A stretch of DNA of 64,000 bases from an uncultured Acidobacteriota bacterium (lineage in GTDB: Bacteria > Acidobacteriota > Thermoanaerobaculia > Multivoradales > UBA5704): positions 5,088,001 to 5,152,000 of the forward strand of contig OY969474.1 of assembly GCA_963700145.1 (NCBI GenBank). Direction: 5' to 3'. Positions 54,602 to 64,000 of this stretch are shown here, one piece after another (the first letter of the stretch is position 1; the number at the start of each line of letters is the position of its first letter). Below the pieces are notes generated by a model, which made no database searches, was not told the origin of the DNA, and worked only from the letters and a program-made list of their open reading frames with translations. Position numbers and translations under genes: made by a program.

Positions 54602-56368
54602 ATGCCGGCCCGCGCCCTCCTCCCCGCCGCGCTGGCGGCGCTCTTCGCCGGCTGGTGCGGGACCTTCGCGCGGGGGGTGGCGTGGGAGGCGGCCGCGGTC
54701 TCCCAAGTGCTGCTGCTGCTCCTCCTCGCCGCGGGCGGGGCGGCCTTCCCGGACCCACTGCGGTTGGGCAGGTGGGGAAGATGGCTGCCGCTTGCGCTCT
54801 TGGCGACCGCGGCGGCGAGCCTGGCGGTGTCTCCAGTAGCGCGCGCGGGCCGCGTGGGCGTGCTCTTGCTCCCCTCCTACCTGGTCCTACCGGCGTTGGT
54901 GGAGCGGTGCTGGCGCGGCGAGCGCGCCGCGCGGTGGGGAGCGCGGGCGCTCGCGGCAATTGTCGGGGGCGCCGCCGTCTGGTCCCTCCTCGCCTGGCAG
55001 GCAGGTGTTTCGCCGCGGCCGGCCGAGCCCCTCGGCCATCACGGGCTCCTCGCCGCCTGGCTGGCGATCCTCCTGCCGGTGGCCTGCTTGCCGATCCTCG
55101 AGCGGGGCGCTTGGCGGTGGCTGGGCTGGATAGGAGGCGGCCTTGCTCTGATCGCGATCTTCAACAGCCGCACGCTGGCGGCGTGGGTCGCGGTCGCCGC
55201 GCAGGGGGCGGTGCTGGTGTGGGCTTCGCGGAGGAGGTTCGGCGTCCGCAGAGTGGCGCTCGGCGCGGCCATCGCCGGCATCCCGCTCTTGCTCTCCCTA
55301 CCCAGAATCTTCCGTGTGCTTGCCAGCGCCGACCCGTCGGCCCGCGCGCGCGCCACGTACTGGGAGGCCGGATGGGAAGGCTTCCTGGCGCGCCCGCTCC
55401 TCGGCTGGGGACCGGGCTCGATCCCCTGGACCGTGGCGCGTTTCTTCGACCCGGTGCCGGGCGTCAACCCGCCGGGCGAGGCGGTAGGGGAGCTGCACTC
55501 GCTGCCGCTCCAGCTCCTATACGAGCTGGGAATCGTCGGCGCGCTCGCCGCCGCGGCGCTCGTCGCGGTCTTTGCGGTGCACCGCGCGCGCGATCTGCGC
55601 GCCGAGCGCTCGCCGCTCGCCGCCGCCGGTCTCCTGGGGCTTCTCGGCGCCGGCGTCTGCGCCCTCGCCAGCGCCGCGGTGACGGTCACCGCGCTGCCGC
55701 TCGCCGCCGCGCTCGCCGCCGGCGCGGCGCTGACCGGCGCCCCGGAGCCGGGGCCGCGCCGCGCGCTCGGTTGGCCGGCTCCGCTCTATGCCGCCGTCGC
55801 CTGCGGCCTCCTCGTCCCGCTCGCGCTCGCGCACCGCCACTACGACCGCGCCGCCCGGGCCGGCGCCCTCCGGCCGCTCCGCGCCGAGCTGCTGCAAGCA
55901 GTGCGCTGGGACCCGAAGTTCCCGCTCTACCGCGCCCGCCTCGCGGCCCACCACGAGCGCACTCTCGCCGACCGCCTCGCCGCCGCCGACGAGGCCCTGC
56001 GCGCCGCGCGGGACGCCGACTCGGTGGCCGCGCTCTGGGTGCAGGCGGCGGCGCTCGGCGCCCAAGCGCGGCGGCCGTGGGCGGCGGAGGCGCTGGCGCG
56101 GGCCCGCGCTCTCGATCCGCTGCAGCCGCTGCCCCAGGACGGCCCACTCTCTGGCATCGAAGCCGGCGCCGAGACGAGCGGCCCCGGGTCGTTCTCCCTC
56201 TACCTGTTCCGCCGCCGCCCCTGGCCGGCGCCGCTGGTGCGCCTGCCCGGGCCGATCTCCGCAGACGCTGCGGAAAACCCTGCGGGAAACGACGCGGGCC
56301 GCGGCGGCAAACCGCGGCAGGACAACGCTTTGCAGCAGTTTGCCCAGGTCGTTGTGCAGCCGCCGTAA
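54602..56368 (+). CDS. O-antigen ligase (Wzy_C)-like membrane protein
   Basis: Many TM helices; SRT, R..YW......ARPLLGWGPG, LHSLPLQLLYELG. Confidence 0.8.
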   Translation: MPARALLPAALAALFAGWCGTFARGVAWEAAAVSQVLLLLLLAAGGAAFPDPLRLGRWGRWLPLALLATAAASLAVSPVARAGRVGVLLLPSYLVLPALVERCWRGERAARWGARALAAIVGGAAVWSLLAWQAGVSPRPAEPLGHHGLLAAWLAILLPVACLPILERGAWRWLGWIGGGLALIAIFNSRTLAAWVAVAAQGAVLVWASRRRFGVRRVALGAAIAGIPLLLSLPRIFRVLASADPSARARATYWEAGWEGFLARPLLGWGPGSIPWTVARFFDPVPGVNPPGEAVGELHSLPLQLLYELGIVGALAAAALVAVFAVHRARDLRAERSPLAAAGLLGLLGAGVCALASAAVTVTALPLAAALAAGAALTGAPEPGPRRALGWPAPLYAAVACGLLVPLALAHRHYDRAARAGALRPLRAELLQAVRWDPKFPLYRARLAAHHERTLADRLAAADEALRAARDADSVAALWVQAAALGAQARRPWAAEALARARALDPLQPLPQDGPLSGIEAGAETSGPGSFSLYLFRRRPWPAPLVRLPGPISADAAENPAGNDAGRGGKPRQDNALQQFAQVVVQPP

Positions 56369-56410
56369 AGCGCTGGCAGCAAACGCGTTACAGTGTTTCT
56401 GCGGGCGCGT

Positions 56411-57550
56411 TCAGAGGCGATCGAGCGGGCGGCGCCTGACCGGCTGGCCGGCCACGGCGGTGCGGTTGCGGCCGGTCTCCTTGGCGACGTACATCGCGGC
56501 GTCGGCGAGGCGGAGGATGGTGCCCTTGCGCTCGGCCAGGCTGAGGTCGTCGGTCAGGTGCCGGCGCAGCGTCGCGATGCCGATCGAGCAGGTGATGCCG
56601 CGCAGGTTGAGCGGCTCCGGCTGGACCTCCGTCGCCTCGGCGCAGAAGGTCGAGGAGAGGATCTCGTCGCGGATCTCCTCGGCGAAGTCGATCGCCTGCT
56701 CGATGTCCGCCTCCGGCAGCACCAGCACGAACTCGTCGCCGCCGTAGCGGGCAGCCAGGCCCTTGCCTTCCACCTTGCGGCGGAGCAGGAGCCCGACCTC
56801 GCGCAGCACCTGGCTCCCGGCCAGGTGCCCGTGCGAGTCGTTGACCCGCTTGAAGAAATCGAGGTCGAGGAAGAGGACCGCCAGGTCGTGGCCGGTCGCC
56901 GCGCAGCGGCGGATGGCGTCGAGCACCGCGATGTGGAGGTAGCGGTCGTTGTAGAGCGCGGTCAGGTTGTCGCGCTTGGCGATCTCCTGCGCCTGGCGGG
57001 CGTCGAGCACGTTCTGCACCGAGATCGAGATGTAGCCGGCGAAGATCTCGAGGAGGTTCCGGTCCTGCTCGCTGTAGCTGGCCGCGTTCTCGCGGTTGAT
57101 CAGCTCGAGGACGCCGCAGACCTCCTGCTCGATGCGGATCGGGATGGCGATGAGCGAGCGGGTGCGGTAGCTCGTCTGCTCGTCGACCTGGTGGTAGAAG
57201 TAGGGGTCCTGGCGCGCGTCGGAGGTGCGATAGGCGCGGCCGCTCACGTACACCTGCCCGGCGATCCCGGCGCTGGCGGGAATCGTCTGGCCGACCAGCC
57301 CGTCCGCCGTCTCGCCGAACGCGGCGATGAAGGTGAGGTGGTTGCGGCTGCGGTCCGTCTGCTTGCGCGACGGGTCGTCGAAGAGGATCGACCCCGCCGC
57401 CGAAGGCACGAACCCGTTGGCCCGCCGCAGCACCTCCTCGAGGTTAGCGGCCAGCGAGAACTCCCACGGAAACGTGGGGTTGGCGCGGCGCCGCTCGAGA
57501 AAACGCTCGAGCTGCACGGCGTCGAGACTGTGAACGGTCAGTGTCTCCAC
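56411..57550 (-). CDS. GAF-GGDEF diguanylate cyclase
   Basis: GAF (GIAGQV, TRSLIAIPI, ELIN); DNLT, DLDFFKRVNDSHGH, RYGGDEF. Confidence 0.93.
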   Translation of the reverse strand: METLTVHSLDAVQLERFLERRRANPTFPWEFSLAANLEEVLRRANGFVPSAAGSILFDDPSRKQTDRSRNHLTFIAAFGETADGLVGQTIPASAGIAGQVYVSGRAYRTSDARQDPYFYHQVDEQTSYRTRSLIAIPIRIEQEVCGVLELINRENAASYSEQDRNLLEIFAGYISISVQNVLDARQAQEIAKRDNLTALYNDRYLHIAVLDAIRRCAATGHDLAVLFLDLDFFKRVNDSHGHLAGSQVLREVGLLLRRKVEGKGLAARYGGDEFVLVLPEADIEQAIDFAEEIRDEILSSTFCAEATEVQPEPLNLRGITCSIGIATLRRHLTDDLSLAERKGTILRLADAAMYVAKETGRNRTAVAGQPVRRRPLDRL

Positions 57551-57617
57551 GACACGCGCCTCATTCGGCCTTCAGGTCCTTCCGGCGGTTGAACCGGACG
57601 ATACCACCCGTCCGCGA

Positions 57618-58478
57618 TCAGCGGCGCGTTTCGACTTGTCCCACCGCCCCCGCCGGACAGACCAGACCGCCAGGAGCGCCCAGAACCCGATCGCCGCCAA
57701 CCGATGGCACCACCCAGACCTCGCTCCCCGCCGTGAGACTCTCCCCGCACGCCTCCAGGAGCACCGCAGGAAAGGGCCCGCGCAGCGCCAGCACCGTCCC
57801 CCCCGCGAACAGCGCCACCGCCAGCAGCCCGACCCCCACCACTCCCCACCGCGCCCCCCGCCCCCGCCCCCGCCCCCAAGCCAGCGGCACCGCCACCCAA
57901 GCCAACGCCACCCCCGCCCACGTCATCGCCTCCCGCCACTCAGCCAAGACAGCCAGAGGCCCAGCCGGCACCGCCGCCCCCCCAAGCGCCTGCCGAGCCG
58001 CCGCCAAGTTGTCCCGCAGCCAAGGATCCCCCCCCAACCCCCCCTCAGCCCGCCGATACCAGAGCACCGCCTCAGGCAACCGCCCCAACCGCTGCGCCGT
58101 AGTCCCCAAGTTGTAAGCCAGGACTGGATCCCCCGTCACCTTCCACCCCGCCGCATAGGCCCCCATCGCCTCTTCCAGCTCACCCCCACGAAACAGCCGA
58201 TTCCCCTCCCGTAGCCCAGGCACCTCCCGCTCCTGCGCCACCGCCGCCGTTAGAAAGATCAGGTGGAGAAACACCAACAGGAGGCGAGGCCCGCGAGGGG
58301 CTCCCGCGGGGGAGCTCTTCGCAAGCGCTGGCAACGCCCTATGCATTCGTAGCCGGTCCGGCGCGCAGCGAAGCGCAGGCGCGAGCCCACCCCTCGCACT
58401 CCCAAAGGCTCGCGCCGGTCCCCCGCGGGAGCCCCTCGCGGGCCTCGCCGGCCCGAGCGGCGAGGCTTCTTCCCTCAT
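57618..58478 (-). CDS. batE: BatE-like TPR membrane protein
   Basis: TPR (GNRLF, YNLG, AVLWYRRA), TM helices; last gene of bat operon; ATGA coupling. Confidence 0.7.
   Translation of the reverse strand: MREEASPLGPARPARGSRGGPARAFGSARGGLAPALRCAPDRLRMHRALPALAKSSPAGAPRGPRLLLVFLHLIFLTAAVAQEREVPGLREGNRLFRGGELEEAMGAYAAGWKVTGDPVLAYNLGTTAQRLGRLPEAVLWYRRAEGGLGGDPWLRDNLAAARQALGGAAVPAGPLAVLAEWREAMTWAGVALAWVAVPLAWGRGRGRGARWGVVGVGLLAVALFAGGTVLALRGPFPAVLLEACGESLTAGSEVWVVPSVGGDRVLGAPGGLVCPAGAVGQVETRR
58283..58449. repeat. 167-bp element with perfect 31-bp terminal inverted repeats inside the batE 5' end
   Basis: ggcgaggcccgcgaggggctcccgcggggga (58283-58313) / tcccccgcgggagcccctcgcgggcctcgcc (58419-58449). 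Confidence 0.85.
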
Positions 58479-60376
58479 CGCAGCCGGCGTAACAGCCGCC
58501 GCGAGCGCTCCACCGCTTCGCGCCGCAGGGTCTCAGTAGCCGAAAGCTGCGGCGCATACCTCAAGTAGTGAAGGTCGTCGGCAAGCTGCACCAGCTCCCG
58601 AGCCGCTTCCCGCTCAGCCCCCTGCGCCGCCAACCGTTCTGCCCAAACCGTAGAAGCCGTCCCCGGCGGCAGACTCCACCGCGCCGCCAAATACTCCCGC
58701 CAAGCCTCCTCGATCCGCGCCGCCGCCTGCCGCGGCCGCTCCTCCCCTTCAGCCTCCCGCAACCGCCCCGCCAGCACCTTCGCCGGCGCCCCCCCACGCA
58801 CCCTCCTATGCCCCGCCCGCCCCCCGTTCCGCCGCCACCAAATCCCCGCCACCACCCCCACCCACGGCAAGGCAAACAACCAAGGCAACAGCCCGTCCAG
58901 CCGCGCCCGTGCCGACGCCGGCTCCGCCGGCAGCGCCGCGCTGCGGATCGAGTGCAACCGCGCCGCCGCCGCCGCCGACCCCGGCTCCGCCGGCCGCACC
59001 GCCAGCTCCACCACCGGCGCCGAAGCCAGCCGGTACGAGGCCGTCTGCGGATCGAAGAACGGCACCTCCGGCAGGTTCAGCGCGTAGCGCCCGGCCCGCT
59101 CCGGCACCACCACCCAGCTCCACGAGCGCCGCCCGCGCACCGTCTCCTCGCGGATCTCCTCCTCCGCCTGCTGCTGCGGCGGGAAGACCTCCAGGTACCG
59201 CCGCTCCGGCAGCTCCGGCGCGCGCACCCCCTGGAGGTTCCCGTCGCCGGCCAGCGTCAGCGTCAGCGTCGCCGCCTCGCCCACCGCCAGCTCCCGCGGC
59301 TCCAGCTGCGCCGCCAGCTCCAGCCGCCCCACCGCGCCGCTGAAGCCCGCCGGCGCCGGCGGCAGCGCCCGCACCTCGACCGCCACCGGCGGGCTCGACG
59401 CCGTGAGCTGCTCGGGCCGCGACATCGGCGGCCCGAAGAAGCGCCGCTCGACGACGCGCACGATCAGCTCCATGACCGACGGCGCCAGCTCGTGCCGCCC
59501 CGGCCGCAGCGCGAAGATCGCCTTCTTGAACAGCACCACGCGCCCGTAGCGCACCCCGTCCACCTCGACCATCTCGGTCGGCAGCCGTTGCGCCAGCGGC
59601 AGCTCGCGCACCCAGAAGCCGCGGAACTCGGGCAGGCTCTTGGGCTGGATCGCGTCCACGTCGTCGCGCGTGTAGAGGTAGACCGTGTAGACCGCCTGCT
59701 GGCCGGCGTAGGGCCGCTCGGGCGCCACCTCGGCGTCGAGGAAGACGCGCGGCCGGTCGGGCCGGCCGAGGCCCTCGAACGGGTTGCCGCCGAAGAAGCG
59801 CTCCCAGGCGTCGCGCGGCCGCGGCTGCACCCGGCGCGGCGCGGCGAGGCCGGCCGGCTCCTCCTGCACCTCGATGAACTGCGCCGGCAGGTCCACCACC
59901 GCGCCGCCGACCCGCAGGCGCACGGCGTGGACGGCGGCGCGGCCGGTCGCCAGCGGGCGGAGCTGCCAGGCGAGGCGGAGAGAGCGCGCGAACGCGCCGT
60001 TGATCGAGCTCGTCTCGCTCATCTCGTACGGGCCCGAGACCAGCTCCAGGTTGTCGAGCTCGAACTCCGGCTGGAAGCGCAGCCGCCCGAAGCCACTGCG
60101 GCGGGCCTCGATCTCGAGGGTGGCGGTCTCGGCGAGGCCGATGCGCTCGGGGGTGAGGCGGATGGAGGCCTCCAGCTCGCCGGCGTGGGCGGGGTGGGGG
60201 AGAAGAGCGAGCGCGGCAAATGCAGCAATCAGGTAAAGACCCGTCATCCTGAGCGCAGCGAAGGATCTGGGCGGGGGAAGCCCTAGGCTCAAGAGTCCCG
60301 CCCCCAGATCCTTCGCTTCGCTCAGGATGACAGGGCTCGTCGGCTCGACACGGCTCACCGCCGCTTGCTCCACCAT
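58475..60376 (-). CDS. batD: BatD family protein
   Basis: SSINGA, PYAGQQ..YTVYLY, GAVG.L, GDGNL, FFDP; position in bat operon. Confidence 0.85.
   Translation of the reverse strand: MVEQAAVSRVEPTSPVILSEAKDLGAGLLSLGLPPPRSFAALRMTGLYLIAAFAALALLPHPAHAGELEASIRLTPERIGLAETATLEIEARRSGFGRLRFQPEFELDNLELVSGPYEMSETSSINGAFARSLRLAWQLRPLATGRAAVHAVRLRVGGAVVDLPAQFIEVQEEPAGLAAPRRVQPRPRDAWERFFGGNPFEGLGRPDRPRVFLDAEVAPERPYAGQQAVYTVYLYTRDDVDAIQPKSLPEFRGFWVRELPLAQRLPTEMVEVDGVRYGRVVLFKKAIFALRPGRHELAPSVMELIVRVVERRFFGPPMSRPEQLTASSPPVAVEVRALPPAPAGFSGAVGRLELAAQLEPRELAVGEAATLTLTLAGDGNLQGVRAPELPERRYLEVFPPQQQAEEEIREETVRGRRSWSWVVVPERAGRYALNLPEVPFFDPQTASYRLASAPVVELAVRPAEPGSAAAAARLHSIRSAALPAEPASARARLDGLLPWLFALPWVGVVAGIWWRRNGGRAGHRRVRGGAPAKVLAGRLREAEGEERPRQAAARIEEAWREYLAARWSLPPGTASTVWAERLAAQGAEREAARELVQLADDLHYLRYAPQLSATETLRREAVERSRRLLRRLR
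60243..60331. repeat. REP-like palindrome (same family as 1158-1262) inside the batD 5' end
   Basis: gtcatcctgagcgcagcgaaggatctgg...ccagatccttcgcttcgctcaggatgac; reads VILSEAKDL...RSFAALRMT. Confidence 0.88.
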
Positions 60377-61167
60377 CACCAGTCCTTCCCCCGCAGCGCC
60401 TTCCGCCGCGACTGCTTCGCCGCCGTGTCGCGCCGCTGCTGGCGCTCCAGGTTCTCGACCGACTCGAGCAGCGCCGCCGCTTCGCCGGCGCTCATGTCCG
60501 GCTGCTCGTCGAAGCGGGGGAGCGGCGAGCCCCCCGGCCGCTGCCGCGGGCGCTGGTCGCCGCCGGCGCCGGACGGGGAGGGCTGCGGCGGCTGCTCGCG
60601 CGGGTTGTCCGGCCGCCGCCCCTGCTCGCGGGTCTGCTGATCGCCGCGCCGGTCGCCGCGTGCGCCCTGGCGCGGCAACCCCATGCGCGGCCGCCGCTGC
60701 TTGTCGCGCTCGCGCAGGGCGATCTCCAGGTTGTGCTTGGCGTCCTGGTCGCCGGGGGTGAGACGGAGGGCCTGCTTGTAGGCCTCGACGGCCGCCGCCG
60801 GGTCGCCGGAGGCGAGCTTGGCGTTGCCGAGGTTGTAGTGCGCCGCCGGCGCCAGCTCGCGCGGCGCGCCCTTCGCCGCCTGTTCGAGCACCTCCGCGGC
60901 CCGCCGGTCGCGTCCGGCCGCGAGCGCCGCGGCGCCGGCGTTGTACTGCGCCCGCGGGTCCTCCGGCGCCAAGCGCAGCGCCGTCTCGGCATACCGCAGC
61001 GCGTCGGCCCCTTCGCCCGCGGCGTGCGCCGCGACCGCCCGCTCCGTCCGCTCGCGCGAGTTGTAGAGCCAGCGCTGCACGCCGGCCGGGAGCTGCGGCC
61101 GCCAGCCGAGGTCGGGGAGCGCGGCGGCGCCGAGCGCGAAGAGCAGCGGCAGCACCTTGAGCGTCAT
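60376..61167 (-). CDS. batC: BatC-like TPR protein
   Basis: YNLGNA, AYKQALRLTP.D.DAKHNLE, C-terminal KDW. Confidence 0.82.
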   Translation of the reverse strand: MTLKVLPLLFALGAAALPDLGWRPQLPAGVQRWLYNSRERTERAVAAHAAGEGADALRYAETALRLAPEDPRAQYNAGAAALAAGRDRRAAEVLEQAAKGAPRELAPAAHYNLGNAKLASGDPAAAVEAYKQALRLTPGDQDAKHNLEIALRERDKQRRPRMGLPRQGARGDRRGDQQTREQGRRPDNPREQPPQPSPSGAGGDQRPRQRPGGSPLPRFDEQPDMSAGEAAALLESVENLERQQRRDTAAKQSRRKALRGKDW

Positions 61168-62189
61168 CGCGCCAGCTCCTCTCCGGCGAGCGGACGCGGC
61201 GCCGGCGCGCGCCGGAACGGCCGGACGAGCAGGTGGAGGAGGAGCGCCAGGCCGGCCAGCCCGAGCGGCCACTGGAAGCGCTCCTCCAGCGACGCCAGGC
61301 TTTGCCCTTCGAGCGCCCGTTTCTCCATCCCCTCGACGCGCTCGACGGCCTCGCGCAGGTCGGCGGCGGCGCTGGTCACCCGCCGGTAGCTGCCGCCGGT
61401 GGCCTGCGCCAGCTCCTCTAGCGGCTCCTCGTGGAGCTTGCTGATCACCACGCTCCCGTTCGCCTCGCGCTTGAAGTCACCGCCGGGAATGGGCACCGGC
61501 GCCCCCTCCGGCGTGCCGACGCCGAAGGCGTGCACCACCACGCCTTCGTTGCGCAGCGCCTCGATCGCCTTCTCCAGCCCGCCGCCGTGGTCCTCGCCGT
61601 CGGAGAGGACGATCAGCACCCGGTGCTTGCGCTCTCCCGGCGGGTAGAGGCGGCGCGCGGCCTCGAAGCCCGGCGCCAGCTCGGTGCCGGGGACCGGCAG
61701 CGACCCCGGCTCGACGGTGTCGAGGAGGAGGTCGATCACCGCCGCGTCGATGGTCAGCGGCGCCAGCACCATGCCGGTGCCCTCGGTCTGCACCAGCGCC
61801 ACGCGGTTGCCGGGAAGCCGCTCGACGAGCCGTCGCACCAAGCTCTTCGCGACGTAGAGGCGCGAGGGCGGGACGTCCACCGCCGCCATCGAGAGCGAGG
61901 AGTCGAGGAGGAAGACGACGTCCACGCCGCGCCGCTCGACCTGCTCCTGGCTCGTCCCCCAGCGCGGGCGGGCGAGCGCGAGCCCTGCCCCCAGGACCGC
62001 CAGCGCCAGGGTCAGCACCGAGAGCGCGACGCGGCGCGGCCGGTGCGTGGCGAAGAGGCGGTCCCAAAGCCCGCGCGCCGCCCAGGCAGCCGCCGCCGCC
62101 AGCCGCCGCCGCCACGCCCAGCCGGCGGCCAGCGCCACCGCGGGGGCGAGCAGGGCCAGCCACAGCAGGGAAGGCGCGCCCCAGCTCAT
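61164..62189 (-). CDS. batB: BatB-like VWA domain protein
   Basis: LALARPRWG, DSSLSM MIDAS, SDGEDH, GVGT..G.P.P. Confidence 0.87.
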   Translation of the reverse strand: MSWGAPSLLWLALLAPAVALAAGWAWRRRLAAAAAWAARGLWDRLFATHRPRRVALSVLTLALAVLGAGLALARPRWGTSQEQVERRGVDVVFLLDSSLSMAAVDVPPSRLYVAKSLVRRLVERLPGNRVALVQTEGTGMVLAPLTIDAAVIDLLLDTVEPGSLPVPGTELAPGFEAARRLYPPGERKHRVLIVLSDGEDHGGGLEKAIEALRNEGVVVHAFGVGTPEGAPVPIPGGDFKREANGSVVISKLHEEPLEELAQATGGSYRRVTSAAADLREAVERVEGMEKRALEGQSLASLEERFQWPLGLAGLALLLHLLVRPFRRAPAPRPLAGEELAR

Positions 62190-63190
62190 GGCTCGGCCGT
62201 CACCTGCGCGAAAGCCCCCGCCAGCGGCAGCAGGAGCAGCCCGAGCGCCGTCCAGACCAGCGGCGGGAACGCCTCCCGGTAGCGCACGTAGCGCTTGACC
62301 TTGAGCGGCGTCCGCTCCAGCCGGTCGATCGCCTGGAAGACGCCGCGCAGGCTCTCGGGGTCGGTGGCGAGGAAGAAGCGGCCGCCGGTGCGCCGGGCGA
62401 TCGCGGCCAGCAGCTCGGTGTCCACCGGCAGGTGCATCATCAGCCGCTGCACCACGACCGCCCCGGTCAGCGGATCGACGTTGCGCATCGGCACCGGCAC
62501 CCGCCCCGCGCCCTCGACGCCGACGCCGATCGTGTGCACCTTGATCCCCAGCCCCTCGCAGAGCGCCGCCGCCGAGCGCGGGTCGATCTCCCCGGCGTTG
62601 TTGACGCCGTCGGTGACCAGCACCACCACCTTGCTGCGCGCCTCGCTGTCCTTGAGTCGCGAGGCGGCGTTGGCGAGGCCGACCCCGATCGCCGTGCCGG
62701 CGGGCAGCGTGTCGAGCTCCAGCGAGTCGACGATCAGCGCCAGCATCTCGCGGTCGGTGGTCAGCGGCGCCCGGCTCATCGCGGCGCCGGCGAAGACCAC
62801 TAGGCCGATGCGGTCGGCCGGGCGCCCGGCGATGAACTCCTTGACCACGTCCTTGGCGACGTTCAGCCGGTTGCGCGGCCGGAAGTCCTCGGCCGCCATG
62901 CTCCCCGAGATATCCAGCACCACCTGGATGTCGATCCCCTCGGTCAGGCTCTCCTCCCAGGCGTAACCAAGCTGCGGCCGCGCCAGCGCCACGACCAGGC
63001 AGGCGAGCGCGAGGAGCCGGGCGTAGAACGGCAGGTGGAGCCGCCAGGCGCCGCCGGCGCGCGCCGGCAGCCGGCTGTAGGTCAGCGCGCCGAAGGCCGG
63101 CCGCTGGTGGTGCAGCCAGGCGATGACCGGCAACGCCAGGAGCGCGAGCAGCCAGAGCGGATCGGCCAAGTGGGGGAAGGGCTGCTGCAT
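62186..63190 (-). CDS. batA: BatA-like VWA domain protein
   Basis: ALARPQ, GIDI..VLDISGSM, DRIGLVVFAG, TDGVNNAG. Confidence 0.88.
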   Translation of the reverse strand: MQQPFPHLADPLWLLALLALPVIAWLHHQRPAFGALTYSRLPARAGGAWRLHLPFYARLLALACLVVALARPQLGYAWEESLTEGIDIQVVLDISGSMAAEDFRPRNRLNVAKDVVKEFIAGRPADRIGLVVFAGAAMSRAPLTTDREMLALIVDSLELDTLPAGTAIGVGLANAASRLKDSEARSKVVVLVTDGVNNAGEIDPRSAAALCEGLGIKVHTIGVGVEGAGRVPVPMRNVDPLTGAVVVQRLMMHLPVDTELLAAIARRTGGRFFLATDPESLRGVFQAIDRLERTPLKVKRYVRYREAFPPLVWTALGLLLLPLAGAFAQVTAEP

Positions 63191-63200
63191 GGCGCTCCCG

Positions 63201-64000
63201 CTAGGCGGCCCTCGGCGGCGCGGCGGCGCCCTCGGCCGCGGCGAGCTCCGGCGGCCGCAGCTCCCGCTCCAGCTCCTCGGCCAGCGACCGCGCCCGCTCC
63301 ACCCGCCCCTCGGTCTCCTCGCGGCCGACTTCTTGCCGCGCGAACTTCACCAGGTCGCAAGCCCGCAGCAGCTCCACCACCCGCCGCACCAGCGGCGCCG
63401 GCAGCCGCCGCCCGAGGAGCTGCCGATGGATCTCCGTCGTCGTCCGCTCGAGCGCCGCGAACCCCGCAGCCCGCCCGAGATACCGCCGGAAGGCGTGCGA
63501 CAGCCGCGTATGCACCCGCACCGAAGACCCCTCCGCCGCCAGCCGCTCCAACTCCGCGAGCAGCTCCGGCAGCGGCTCCATCACCGGCACCGCCTCCGCC
63601 CCTTCACTCTCCCGCAGTCTCCACGCATAGAGCGCAATCGCCCCCGCCAGCAGCAGCCCCCCCACCGCCAAGCTCCACCAGAACGCATCCCCGATCGGCA
63701 ACCCAACCGGCGGCTTCTCCGCCTTCGGCTCCGGCGTCTCGTCTCCAGGAGGCAGCACCGACCGCACCTCGATCGAAACCCCCTCCGGCGTAACCACCCG
63801 CACCGTTCCCCCCGCCAGCGGCACCACCACCTCCACCGTCGGCAACACCAACCCGCCCGGCGCGAACCCCGTCAACACCACGCGCTGCCGCCAAGAGTCC
63901 CCCACCCGCTCCGGCTCCGAAGCCTCCAGCACCTCGGCCTCGCCCCACCCCCTCCGCCACGAAGGAAACCGCGGCGGCCCCGTCATCCCTTCGGCGCCCA
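63201..64000 (-). CDS. bat-operon membrane protein (DUF4381-like), 5' end outside window
   Basis: Single TM, LS..FRRYL, ALERTT.EI, CDLVKFA; upstream of batA. Confidence 0.7.
   Translation of the reverse strand, partial: GAEGMTGPPRFPSWRRGWGEAEVLEASEPERVGDSWRQRVVLTGFAPGGLVLPTVEVVVPLAGGTVRVVTPEGVSIEVRSVLPPGDETPEPKAEKPPVGLPIGDAFWWSLAVGGLLLAGAIALYAWRLRESEGAEAVPVMEPLPELLAELERLAAEGSSVRVHTRLSHAFRRYLGRAAGFAALERTTTEIHRQLLGRRLPAPLVRRVVELLRACDLVKFARQEVGREETEGRVERARSLAEELERELRPPELAAAEGAAAPPRAA

Overview
High-GC bacterial chromosome segment; gene content and style suggest Acidobacteriota/Thermoanaerobaculia (inference). Core blocks: tRNA-Lys/tRNA-Leu-tig-clpP-clpX-lon-engB-rho-mqnA-mqnC, moaA/thiS, an acyl-CoA/aromatic catabolic operon (two crotonases, ALDH, thiolase, C26 amidotransferase), NfeD-SPFH, signalling genes and a batA-E operon. 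Accessory highlights: (1) a lower-GC segment at 10466-16234, bounded by an ACGTC direct repeat and by the two halves of a circularly permuted DUF309 pseudogene, carrying an NLR-like operon (NACHT+FGE sensor, ATP-grasp-like protein, and a small protein sharing the sensor's N-terminal domain and a putative amyloid motif); (2) a three-gene putative toxin locus (transthyretin-like protein, Ser/Thr-rich possible pore-former, HNH-tipped toxin with no adjacent immunity gene); (3) a Ser/Thr kinase-TPR plus FHA-sigma54 activator module facing a sigma54 promoter for a secreted protein; (4) several palindromic repeats, two apparently inserted in frame in batD and batE, and a 14 x 21-bp palindromic tandem array. 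No CRISPR array, integrase, transposase or reverse transcriptase was seen. All family assignments come from motif recognition, not database searches.
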